Shown piece by piece: positions 1 to 18,221 of a stretch of 64,000 nt of DNA; positions within the stretch are counted from its first letter, which is position 1; the number at the start of each line of letters is the position of its first letter. Origin of the DNA: the human T2T-CHM13v2.0 reference genome, Homo sapiens; assembly GCF_009914755.1 (NCBI RefSeq), contig NC_060926.1. One strand, written 5' to 3'. Under the pieces are notes generated by a model. It saw nothing but the letters and a program-made list of their open reading frames with translations, did no database searches and had not been told where the DNA came from. Made by a program: the position numbers and the translations under genes.

Positions 1-589
1 AGTGCTCTGGTAATGCATTGTAAAGGCATCAGAATCTCTTCACCACACGAAACAGTCCACTTTACAATACCTCTGTTGAGTCGAGTTAATATCTGAGCTA
101 CAGTGAGATGCAGAACAACTGGAATCCTATTATTTAAGATCAGAAATGGCTGTAGTCCTAGTTTTTCATTTCCTTTGAAGCAGCCAACATACTTTTCTTG
201 TTGTTTCTTTTTTATTTTTATATAATACAAAATATAGGGATGATTTTGTGTTGGAGAGTTCTTTTATTGGCAAGAAGAGGTTTTTTGATAGAAAATATTT
301 GCAGCTCTTTAAAAAAGATTTTTAATTCTTTTTAAGATTTGCATAGAAACCTACAAGCTTGGTTGCAGACTGCTTAAAATAGATGAGATAAAATGATATG
401 TAATGGAGAGAGTGAGCTTGTTATAATCCATCGACAATCTGCTTAATTTCATGCATCAGTTTAGGCAATTAATCAATAAAAAATATAAAACCGTACACAT
501 AAAAACCATAAAGTTACTTCATATGACTTATTACTTGAGTAGCTACTTCACAAAAGTAGCTGACTTCTAAAAGTCAGCTTTGTATATCA

Positions 590-1620
<1,031 letters not shown>

Positions 1621-2112
1621 ATTGTATTAGTCCATTTTGCATTGCCATAAAGGAATACCTGAAACTGGGTAATTTATAAAGAAAAAAGGGTTATTTGGCT
1701 CACAGTTCTATAGGCTGTACAAACATGGCATCAGCATCTGCTCAGCTTCTGGTGAGGCCTTAGGAAGGTTTTACTCATGGCAAAAGGCATGGGGGAGCAG
1801 GCATGTCATGGTGAGAGAGGAAGTAAGAGAGAGAGGAGAAGGTTCCAGGCTCTTTTAAACAACCAACTCTCATGTGAACTAATAGAGTGAGAACTCACTC
1901 ATTACTGTTGAGGACAGCATGAAGCCATTCATTGAGGAATCCACTCCCATGATCCAAACACTCCTACCAGGCCCCAAATCCAACATTAGCAATCACATTT
2001 CAACATATTTGGAGGGGATGAAACATCCAAACCATATCATTCCCCCCCTGGTCCTTCAAATATTATGTTCTTCCCATGTTTCAAAATACAGTCATCCCTT
2101 CTCAATAGTCCC

Positions 2113-2256
2113 CAAAAGTCTTAACTAGTTCCAGTATCAACTCAGTCAAAAGTCTTAACTAGTTCCAGCATCAACTCAATCAAAAGTCTTAACTAGTTCC
2201 AGCATCAACTCAATCAAAAGTTGTAACTAGTTCCAACATCAGCTCAATCAAAAGTC
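2113..2256. repeat. 34-bp minisatellite, ~4.2 copies, inside the MaLR internal region
   Basis: Unit CAAAAGTCTTAACTAGTTCCAGCATCAACTCAAT starting at 2113, 2147, 2181, 2215 and (partial) 2249. Confidence 0.95.
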
Positions 2257-2967
2257 GAAAGTCTCACCTGAGGCTCAAGGAAAATTTTTTCTACCTATGA
2301 GCCTCTAAAATAAAAAACGAGTTCCAAGATACAATGGCTGTACAGGCATTGGGTAAACATTCCTATTCCAAAAGGGAAATTGGCCAAAAGAAAGGGACAA
2401 TAGGCCCCACACAAGTCCAAAGCCCAGCAGGAAAGACATTAAACTTTAAAGCTCCAGAATAATCCTTGACTCCATGTCCCACAACCAGGGTACACTGGTG
2501 TGAGGAGTGGGCTCCCAATGCCTTGGCCAGTTCCACCCCTGTGGCTTTGTAGGGTACAGCCCCCATGGCTGCTCTCATGGGTTGGAATTGAATGCCTGCA
2601 GCTTTCCAGGCTTAGGGTGCAAGCCGCTGGTGGCTCTACCACTCTTGGGTCTGGCAGACAGCAACCTCCTTCCCACAACTGCACTAGGAAGTGCCCCAGT
2701 GAGGACTCTCTGTGGGGGCTCCAACTACACATTTCCCCTTGTATTGACCTAGTAGAGGCTTTCTGTATGGGCTCTACCCATGAGGCAGGCTTCTGCCTGG
2801 ACAACCAAGCTTTCCCAGAGATCCTCTAAAATCTAAGGGGAAGCTGCCAAACCTCTTTTACTCTTGCATTATGTGTGCCTGCAGACTTGCCACCACATAG
2901 AAACTGCCAAGGCTTAAGGCTTGTGATCTCCAAAGCAGCAGCCAGTTCTATGCATAGGGCCCTTTGA

Positions 2968-3322
<355 letters not shown>

Positions 3323-4416
3323 TAACCATTCTTTTCTCCTAGGCCTTTGAGTCTGTAATGGAAGGGACTGTCCTGAAAACTTCTGAAATGCCTTCTGAAA
3401 AGTACTTGGCTCCCTTTTAGTCATGCAAATTACTCTAGCAAGTGGTTGCTTTGCAGCCCACCTCAATTCCTCTCCTGAAAACACTCTTTCCTTTTCTACC
3501 ACATGGCAGATGCAGATTATCTAAATTAGCAGATTATCTAAATTTTTATGTTGTGCTTTTCCTTATAAGTTCCAACTTTATGTGTTTCCTTTTCTCCCAA
3601 ATCGATCATAGGTTATTAAAAACAGCCACATCATTTCTTAAACACCTTGCTGCTTAGAAATTTCTTTTGCCAGATAACCTACATCATTGCTCTTAAGTTC
3701 AACCTTTCATAAGTGCCTAGGGCATGGACACATTGCAGCCAAGCTCTTTGCTAAGGCATAACACATGTGATTTTTAGTCCAGCTCCCAACAAATTTCTCA
3801 TTTCCATCTGAGTCCTCATTAGCCGGGCCTTCACTATCCATATTTGTATCCACATTTTGGTCACATTCATTTAACCAGTCTCTAAGAAGTTCTAAACTTT
3901 CCCTTATTTTCCTGTCTTCTGAGCTCTCCAAACTCTTTAAACTTCTGCATATTACCCAGTTCCAAAGATGCTTCCACATGTTCAGGTAACTTTATAGCAA
4001 CAAACACCCCACTCCTGGTACCAATTTTCTGTATTACTCCATTTTATGTCGCTATAAAGGAATATCTAAGACAAGGTAGTTTATTTTAAAAAAAGGTTAT
4101 TTGGCTCATGGTTCTGCAGGCTGTACAAACATGGCACCAGCATCTATTTGGCTTTTGGTGAGGTCTCAGGAAGCTTTTACCTGTGGTGGATGCCACAGAG
4201 GGAGCAGGCATGTCACATGGTGACAGAGAAAGCAAGAAGGTGGGTGGAGGGGGGTGTGTTCCAGACTTCTTTAAACAACCAGCTCTCATGTGAGCTAACA
4301 GAGCAAGAACTCATTCATTACCATGGGGACTGCACTGAGCCACTCATGAGGAATCCATCTTCATGACCCAAACACCTCCCACCAGGCCCCACCTTCAACA
4401 TTTGGGATCACATTTC

Positions 4417-4846
<430 letters not shown>

Positions 4847-6395
4847 TGAACATTTTTCTCTTAAGATGAGAGAATCTCAATTGGCCAGAATCAATTAAGT
4901 AGAAGTTGTCTTTTGCTAACCTTTTTTTTGCACCCTACAACCTGGTGAAAGGAGAGAACTTAAAACATGTTTTAGAGCTCACATCAGGAATTTATCTCAC
5001 TAAAAGAACTTTGTAGGGTCCACCTGAAGTTCTGAATACTGGTTTACAACACTGGCATCTATTGTAGTTGCCCATTATCACTGGACGTTTAGATACCTCA
5101 GTCTTAAGGGTTAACTCAACTGTGATGATTCTTCGGTGAAGAAGTCATATATAAATGTATAAGTCAAATATATTAATGTATAAATATCTAAGTCAGAAAA
5201 GCTTATGTATTTTAGAAAGAGTTTCAACAACTGATGTTAAAGTGCTAAAATAAATTTCCCCATTTCCTATTTACATTTGAATAAATGCTTTCAGATTAGT
5301 TGAAGTTTTCTAGCATATAATGAAATCCTATTCCATCTTTGACAAATATATTTCTAACAAATGCAATATTGTTTGTTTCTATCATTATTGACTGGCTGTG
5401 TTTTATTCCATATTTAATATTTTATGCCTTTCCACACACTGTGACATTACACTGATGAACTCTTTACCACAATAATTTCCCTTGTCATTTAACCTTCTGG
5501 GCTGTTTTCAAATGAACATTCCTGGCCTCAAATCATCTGGTAATTAATGGGGAGGAATTATGTTCATTCTCTAAAATCATCTTCTAGAATATTTATTTCT
5601 TTTGTTGTTTCTTTAGAAGAAGTGTGGGAAAATGTGCTACAAACATTTCTCAAAACGAGGCTGTTACCCCTTAAAAACAAAGGTCAGATTCTAAATGCAT
5701 GCTTACTCATTGCTGGAAAAGCTTTTACATCTTTACATTTACTGAAGCACAGGGCCCTCTGTTATCAGATGCCTTCATTTTATGTTTTATTAAATAAGAA
5801 ATTTAGACTTTAGGGGGCACATATTTGAACATTAAATATGACTGAGAGTCTAGCTTCCTGTTCATTTACATGCACTGATAGACCAGTGGAAGCAGAGGTA
5901 AGGCCTCCTGTTGTCTTTTTCAAATAAAATAAAATGTGGAGAACAGAGAAGCAACAGTGAATTTCGGAGGTTGGGTATATCTGGATGCTTATTTGGTGTC
6001 TCATCCTTTGTTTCCTTCCCTGACTCCCACATTGGCCATGAATTGCTCTCTTCTGGGTCCTCCCCCATTGATCATACCATTGAATATGGCTGTGCTGTTG
6101 CTCCCACTAAACCTGGGACTCTTTCCTATATGTATTTGTATCCAGGGCACCTAGATGAGTTCCTGAGACCTGTTGGGTGGTTGAATGGATAATGAAATGC
6201 TTCAGAGGTTTGATTAATATCATATAATATTTTATAGCTAGAAAGAGACTTAAAATGATCTAAAACAACACAACTTTTTATCGAAGAGGAAAGCAACTTT
6301 GAGTGGTTAAACACCTGGTCAATGTCACCCACTCTTTAGTTGGTAGAACAGGACTAAAAATTACCTGGTTCTTTTTTCATGGCAGCATGTATTTA

Positions 6396-6800
<405 letters not shown>

Positions 6801-7748
6801 TTACTGTTGACATAGCTGATGTCTCTGAAAGAATTCACTTTGGGAGTAACAGCCTTGAAGATCAGAGTCAATGGCTAGTGATGGATAACCTCTGTCAACC
6901 TTTATATCAAAGCAATGTTCCCAGAGGATTAACTGGAACCTACTCCATTTAATGACATTTTTCATTCTGGAATCCATTGCATAGATGACGCTAAGGTCAT
7001 ATCACTTCTAAACTCTTGTTCCTAATAGTCCTTCCACTTAGAATACATTTTTTTATTAAAAATGTTAAAGACATAAATGGATCTGGGAGTTTAAAAAATG
7101 TTGAGTGAATAAAAAAGTCGCAGAAAGATGAATATAGTATGGCAACAGTCATGTAACTTTTTTTCTCCATTTTTAGTCATACACAGTAAAAGTCACTTTT
7201 TGGTGTACAGTTCTGTGAGTTTTGAGAAATGCATACGGTTGTGTAACTACTACCGCAATCAAGACACAGAACAGTTGCATCACATACACCCTCAAATTTC
7301 CTTGTGCTGTGTCTTTATAGTCAAAGCTCACCCTTCTTTCAGACCCCCTCTTCTCTCTGGCAATCATTGATCTGTAGTATGTTACTATACCCTTTTCCAA
7401 AATGTCGTATAAATGGAATCATATGGGATGCTACCTTTTTACACTGATTTTTTTTTTTTTTACTCCACATAATGTTCTTGAGATCCATCCAAGTTGTTAC
7501 ATAAATCAATAGTTCTGTTTTTATTCTTAAGAAATATTACATTTTGCCATAGACCACAGTTTGTTGGGAGACTGTTCAGTTTTTTACAATTATGAATAAA
7601 GTTGCTATAAACATTTGCATACAAGTTTTGGTATAAACATAGATTTTCGTTTCACTTGGGTAAAAATGTAGAAGTGGGATCACTAAGTTGTAGGTTAAAT
7701 GTTGTTTAACTTTGTAAGAAACTGCCAGGCTTTTTCCGTAGTGACTGA

Positions 7749-8261
<513 letters not shown>

Positions 8262-8547
8262 TGAAGCACTTGCTCAAATATTTTTCCCATTTTAAAAATA
8301 TTGTTTTCTTACTGTTGAATTTTGAGAGTTCTTTATATAGTCTATCTAGAAGTCCCGTGTCAGATATGTGACTTGCAAATACTTTCTCTTTTTTCTCTTT
8401 CTTGTGAATTTCTTAAAGGTGTCTTTCACAGAGCAAAAATTTCTAATGTTGATAAAGTCTAATTTGTCAATTTTTTTATATGAAGCATTGCTATTTATAC
8501 CACATCTGAGAACACTTTGACTAACAATGTTTCTTTTAAAAGTTTTA

Positions 8548-8899
<352 letters not shown>

Positions 8900-9513
8900 T
8901 TAAGATGTGATATACCAATTTGAAGCCACAAAAATCACTATATATAATGTACAGTCATGTATGTGTGCAATTAAATTTAAAACAAACATGGATGATGGAT
9001 GGATACACGGGGTGGGAGGGAGTACCCATGAGTTTGGGTAAAATTGGCAAAGAAGTCTTCAACAGCAACGATAACATTTTATTCCCTTTAAAATAATCAA
9101 TCTTGGAGTTATGGGAAGATGACATACAAGTAACATCCTCTATTCTTTTTGCTAAGTACAACTAAAAAGCCTGGGTATTATATATAAGACATAAGACTCT
9201 GAGAAGTGGAGGAAAAAGGCATATTAACTAGCGATTTAGGGGCCTAAGGAATGACACAGTGGTGAGTTCCCTGGGTCTTCTTTCTGTCTCATTTATATTC
9301 CAGACTTGGAATTGAGGAAGCTGGCAACCCAGAAACTCCAGATGATGCATATGGAAAAAAATCCTCAACAAGCCTTCTCACTCCAGCCAAAGGATCAGGA
9401 AGGAGGCAGTGTAGTAAGACAAAATACTTGTAGACAATACCTGCTATACTGCAGTCAAAATCCACAGAAAAAAAAAGTGGCCCCCAACTCCACCCATGTC
9501 AGCAAAGATTCAA

Positions 9514-9876
9514 TACTACTTCGGTCTGAAAGTTTGTGGCCCCTTAAAATTCATATGTTGAAATCTCAAGGTGATGATATTAAGAGGTGGGGATCTTTAT
9601 GAGATGATTAAATCATGAGTGCAGACTGTTCATGAATGGGATTAGTGCCCTTATGAAAGAGACCTCAGAGAGCTGTCTTCCCTCTTCCACTAGGTGAGGA
9701 CTTGGTGAGGAGGAGCCATCTATGAGGAAGAGGTTATTCTCTGACACTGAATCCCATAGTGCTTTGATTTGGACTTTCCAGCCTCCAGAAGTATGAGAAA
9801 TAAATGTTTGCTGTTTATAAGCCACTCAGCCCAGTTCATGGTATTTGTGTTATGGCAGTCTGAATGGACTAAGACA
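9514..9876 (+). mobile_element. MLT1A-like MaLR solo LTR
   Basis: aaattcatatgttgaaatc...gaatgggattagtgcccttat...agcctccagaa...gagaaataaatg...gactaagaca. Confidence 0.8.
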
Positions 9877-10181
9877 AGTTGGGAGCTGAGACTTCTACTC
9901 TTGTGAGACTGTAACAATGCGTGTCAGCACCGCACTGCAACGGTGTCAAGAGAAGGCCAAGCAAGGAGCCAGGACTTGCATACCAGGCAGCTGGCAATTG
10001 GCCCCCATCCCATGATGTGTCATTGGAGACCACGTGAGGAGCCAGAACTCCCACCCTTGACCAGCAGTAACAAGGAACCACCCCTTCAGGTGTCAGCTTA
10101 GGCAATGTTGGGAACCTGGACTGCTACTATCACCTGGCAGTAATGAGGCAGCACGTTCCCCTTACTCAGCCAGCCAGCTGA

Positions 10182-10499
<318 letters not shown>

Positions 10500-10601
10500 A
10501 GAAAAAGGTTTCAATAAACATCCAGAGTCTCATAACATAATATGAAAATCAGCAGATGGAGAACTAAATACCACTGATAACCAACAGGATCTAATCATTT
10601 A

Positions 10602-11006
<405 letters not shown>

Positions 11007-11627
11007 TCAAAAAATGTAAAATAGTTGAAGTCATAGAGTGTATTTTCTGAACACGATGGAATAAAGTTAGAAATCAAAAATAAAAAGATAACATAGAAAT
11101 CTCCAAACACTTGGAAACTAAGTAACACACTTTTAAATAATCCATGGGTCAAAGAGGATGTATCAGAGGAAATAAAAAATACATTGAGATTAATTAAAAT
11201 GAAGATATATTAAAATGTGTTCCCATGACCATGACATAATTGTCTGCATAAAAGATAGCAAGGAAGAAACAACAGCAACAAAAAGTTTCTAGAATAAGTG
11301 AGTTCAGCGAAGTCATAGGATACGTAATAAACTTACAGCAATCAATTATATTTCCATATACTAGCAATGAACAAACACTGAGATTTAGCATACAATTCTA
11401 CTCACAGTTGCTTTAAAAATAAAATGTTTAGATGTTAATCTAACAAAATATATACAGGACTTGTATGTTGAAAACTATACCATGCTAATTAAAGGAATCA
11501 AAGACGATCTAAATAAATTGAGAGACACGTTATGTTCATGGATTGGAATACTCAATGTAATGATGATGTCAATACTCCCCAAATTTAAATACAATTTTAG
11601 CACAGTTTTTATCAAAACCCATGCAAG

Positions 11628-11983
<356 letters not shown>

Positions 11984-12257
11984 TTAGATATAGGCAAGAT
12001 TATTCTAAAATTTCTATGGAAAGGGAAAAGAATTAGAATAGCCAAAACAATTTTGGAAAAGAAGAATCAAGTGGAAGGAATCAGTCTGCCTGATTTCAAG
12101 ACTAATTCTATAGCTGTGACTGTTATGACTGTGTGGTATTGGTGGAGGGATAGACACATAGATCAATACAACAGAATACAGAACTCCGAAATAGAACCAC
12201 ACAAATATCCCTAACTACTTTGTGACAAAGGTGCAAAAACAACGCAATGGAGAAAAT

Positions 12258-12790
12258 ATAGTCATCTGCAGGTGCTGGCAGGGGACTGGTTCCAGGAACC
12301 CTGGAGATACCGAAATCCATGATGCTCAAGTCCCACAGCAGGCCCTGAGGATTCCACGGGTGCAAAAAGTTAGCCTTCGGTACCTATGAGTTTTGTTTTG
12401 TTTTGTTTTGTTTTTTTGAGACGGAGTCTCACTCCGTCGCCCAGGCTGGAGTGCAGTGGCACGATCTCAGTTCACTGCAAACTCCGCCTCCTGGATTCAA
12501 GTGATTCTCCTGCCTTGGCCTCCCGGGAGTAGCTGGGACTATAGGTGTGCGCCACCATGCCTAATTTGTGTATTTTTAGTAGAGGCAGGGTTTCACCATG
12601 TTGGCCAGGCTGGTCTTGAACTCCCGACCTCAGGTGATCTGCCCACCTCTGCCTCCCAATGTGCTGGGATTACAGGTGTGAGCCACCACCCCCGACCTGT
12701 ATCTGTGAATTTTGCATCCCACAAATACTGTATTTTTTTTTTTTAATCTTCAGTTGAGTCTAAGCAAAAGGAACCCATGGGTACATAAAG
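12258..12790. mobile_element. MER8/MER2-type Tigger-family MITE split by an Alu (12391-12697, minus)
   Basis: ggggactggttccagga...gataccgaaatccatgatgctcaagtccc...gcatcccacaaatactgtatttt. Confidence 0.65.
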
Positions 12791-12929
12791 CCTTTTCAAC
12801 AAATGTCACTACAGTACATCAACAACCAGCCATTGGTGAAAATATGAGTCCCAACCTAAGTCTCAAATCTCACAAAAATATTAACCCAAATTGAATTACA
12901 GACATAAATGTAAAGCATAAAGCTATGTA

Positions 12930-13187
<258 letters not shown>

Positions 13188-13233
13188 AGAACAGGGACAT
13201 TAAAGCTACTGTTTCACTTTAACCAGCCAAATA

Positions 13234-13568
13234 CAGTCATGTACTGCATAACATTTTGGTCAACAACAGACCGCATATACGACGGTGGTCCCAAAGGGTA
13301 TAATACTGTATTTTTACTGTACCTTTTCTATGTTTAGGTGCACAAACACTTGCCATTGTGTTACAGTTGCCTACAGTTATTCAGTGCAGTAACATACTGC
13401 ATAGGTTTGTAGCTTGTGAACAATAGGCTATACCATCTAGGCTAGGTGTGTAGTAGGCTGCAACATCTAGGTTTGTGTAAAAGCACTCTATGATGGTCAC
13501 ACAATGACGAAATCACCTAACCATGCATTTCTCAGAATGTATTCCTGTTGTTAAGTGATGCATAGCTG
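13234..13568. mobile_element. Tigger3a (MER7A) TcMar-Tigger MITE
   Basis: TA|CAGTCATG...gaccgcatatacgacggtggtccc...CATAGCTG|TA; TA target duplication with terminal inverted repeats. Confidence 0.85.
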
Positions 13569-13864
13569 TATTTTGTCTTGCTCCCAAGAATACCTTATAG
13601 AAGTTTTCCCCTTGGCCCCCTTGGTGGAACCCCACCTGCTTGCAGTTGGTGTTGCCTGATTCCTGAATCACAGTCTGCTCAAATAAACTAAAATGTTCAC
13701 GTGCTTCAGTTCATCTTTTAACACTTATAATACATGTTATTCTACAGTTATTTCAAAATGAAAAGTTTAAAAATGGAACTGAAACAAAAATGCTAGTATT
13801 TATAAAAGCGTTTGGTGGTTACATTAGTGTGTATTATATAATTTTCTGTACTTTTTATAAGTTA

Positions 13865-14222
<358 letters not shown>

Positions 14223-14664
14223 TTAAGGCTATTGTCAGATAGAATGACATTAGCTGCTCTTCCTCCATGATTCCATGGGGGTAAAATCAGAATAAGAGCA
14301 TCTTGTCATTTTTCTTTCTTTACACCGCTTCCCATAACTCCCATATTTAATCCACTGCCTTGAATGCAATGGTTATTCTTACTGATACACCATTATTTTT
14401 GTGTATTTAGCTGTGTCTAAGGGATCTAAATTAGAAAGAAACCAAAAAAGCCCACACAATTTGAGTCTTCATTCCACAAAGAAAAAATCCAGCCAAAATA
14501 AATGCACCATAAGTTACAGCAATTCAAAGAAATCATAAGGAAGGGTATTGAAAAGGACCCACAGTGTGCTTTTTTCCAAAGCGGTTCTTTTGCCCAAGGG
14601 GACAAATGTCTTTTGTGGAGTGGAAATTTTGTTTTGGTTCCTTTGATGCCCACTTCTCTATCTT

Positions 14665-15124
14665 CGTGGTGTTTAGAATGCTTCTGGTGTCGAGTAACAG
14701 ACATTGAACTTCACCGGCTGAAACACTGAGTAACTGTCTTGGCTCTCAGAGCGGGAGAGTGTTGATAGGGCATGATCAGGGTCATCAGAATCCAGAGGCT
14801 CCAGTTCCGTTTCCTGGGGCTCTGCATTCCCCTGTGGGCTGATTTCATTTGTAGCTTAATATTGGCAAGTTCTAGGCCTCATATCCTCACATGATGATAT
14901 CCAGAGGAAGAGAAAGACCCTCTCTTCATCTTGCTTTCTCCTTAGCCTGAGGAGACGCCCCCAGGATGCCCCAGGAAACCTCTCCTTGCATTATTGGCTC
15001 ACATGCCCATTGCTGAGCCAGTTGCTGGCAGCGGGGATGGAATCCCCCCAGACCAGCCGGGCCTCTTGCCCATCCTGAAGGCTCCATGCCCTGGAGGACC
15101 TGAGGGCTGTCTGGGAGAAGGGTG
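14665..15124. mobile_element. Ancient MLT1 (J/K-like) LTR remnant
   Basis: attggctcacatgcccattgctgagccagttgctggcag...ggatggaat motif typical of old MLT1 LTRs; heavily diverged. Confidence 0.45.
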
Positions 15125-15129
15125 GCTAC

Positions 15130-15580
15130 TTTCATGCGTGTCCGTGTGAAGAGACCACCAAATAGGCTTTGTGTGAGCAATAAAGCTTTCAATCACCTGG
15201 GTGCAGGCGGGCTGAGTCTGAAAAGAGAGTCAGCGAAGGGAGATAGGGGTGGGGCCATTTTATAAGATTTGGGTAGGTAAAGGAAAATTACAGTCAAAGG
15301 GGGTTTGTTCTCTGGCGGGCAGGAGTGGAGGTCGCAAGGTGCTCAGTGGGGGAGCTTTTTGAGCCAGGATGAGCCAGGAAAAGGACTTTCACAAGGTAAT
15401 GTCATCACTTAAGGCAAGGCCTGGCCATTTTCACTTCTTTTGTGGTGGAATGTCATCAGTTAAGGTGGGGCAGGGCATTTTCACTTCTTTTGTGATTCTT
15501 CAGTTACTTCAGGCCATCTGGGTGTATAAGTGCAAGTCACAGGGGATGTGATGGCTTGGCTTGGGCTCAGAGGCCTGACA
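15130..15580 (-). mobile_element. HERV-H LTR7 solo LTR (451 bp)
   Basis: Minus strand begins TGTCAGGCCTCTGAGCCCAAGCCAAGCCATC and ends GGACACGCATGAAA; near-perfect 5-bp TSD GCTAC/GTTAC. Confidence 0.93.
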
Positions 15581-15592
15581 GTTACCTGAACA

Positions 15593-16454
<862 letters not shown>

Positions 16455-16642
16455 AACAGGCTTGGGGTTCTGGAGTGGTGACGGAGGCTAACAAGAAAGT
16501 CCATCCTAATCTCCCTGTCAGCCCTTGGTCAAGCTATGGCTTTTATTCATGCCTCTCTCTTTCTGCAAATTTATTCAGCTTTGCTTCTTTGCATCAGGTG
16601 GTACTGGGGTTTAATATTCCTGGCTGACCTGAACAGAGAAAC

Positions 16643-16912
<270 letters not shown>

Positions 16913-17914
16913 TTACTTATTAAAAAAAATTCTGGGCCTACATTACAAGGAGAGATGTACAGGCTTGGGGAGAGATGACCCAGGCGGATCTCTAAGTCCA
17001 GGTGGATGGAAAGACAGACAGTGCCCAGTAGGTGACAGGATGACAGGGACCTGTCGCCAGGCCCCTCAGTGGCTTGGGTGATGTAGTAGGTCTCCCTAAA
17101 AGAAGATTGAAGGCCAGAATAAACCGACAGAGAACCTGGGGGGCACACCCAGACACAGGAGTGTGTTCCCAGTATGTGTTTAAAAAACAAAGATTAAGGG
17201 TATGTCTAGGAAGAACAGGAAATGAGCCAGGAAGACAGGCCAGGGGACTGTTACATTCCATTTTGGGATTTAGAGGGAATAGTGAGGGTACAGTATCTTG
17301 AAGCAACAAGGTATTCAAAGATACAGGACCACCACATTCAGGTCTGTGGTCCACTAATGAATACGCTAGTCCTACAGCTTCCATGGATTTACAGGATCAA
17401 TGTTAGTTTAAGCCCCCAGTTAATTTCAGTAAATGAAGGCTATTTTTTTAAATTAAAAAAAAGCTTCAAAATTCAAAATGAACTCAAGAACTTGAATTAA
17501 AAGCACATAAACATAAAAAGAAACCACTGAAGTCTGGAAAAAACGTTATTTAAAATCTGCCACTACTGGTAATCACAATCTCTTTCTCTAATCATCCCTC
17601 TAACTTATTTGGAATCGTTTTTGAGATATTTATGGGTCTGGCCTGGTAAAGATTTAGTGATGATAGATAGTACTGTGCGCTCTGGGGAGAGAGAAGGAAA
17701 AAAAAGAAATTGGAGCACAGAAAAAAATAATTTTCCTCTATTCTCCTTTCTGAAAAATCCTAGGAGAACACATGAGCAACTATTAACAGTGCTTACTTCT
17801 GAGCAATGGGACTTTGGGTTGAACAGGTAGGGAAAGGAAGTCTTACATTTACCACCATTCTGTGTGGTAGGCATTTTTTTTTTCATACATCATGAGCTCA
17901 TATAACTACTGTCA

Positions 17915-18221
17915 TTTTTTTTTTTTTTTTAGACGAGGTTTCGCTCTTGTTGCCCAGGCTGGAGTGCAATGCTGCGATCTTGGGATCTCGGCTCACTGCA
18001 ACCTCCACCTCCCGGGTTCAAACAATTCTCTTGCCTCAGCCTCCCAAGTAGCTGGGATTACAGGCATGTACCACCACGCCCCGCTAATTTCTTATATTTA
18101 GTAGAGATGGGGTTTCACCATGTTAGTCAGGCTGGTCTCGAACTGCTGACCTCAGGCGATCTGCCCGCCTCAGCCTCCCAAACTGCTGGGATTACAGGTG
18201 TGCACCACTGTGGCCGGCCGA
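17915..18221 (-). mobile_element. AluS
   Basis: Reverse Alu dimer. Confidence 0.9.

Noticed and set aside
2113-2256. CRISPR-like array (34-bp repeat with internal palindrome)
   Set aside because: Units are contiguous with no unique spacers, there are no cas genes, and it sits inside a primate MaLR element; it is a minisatellite.
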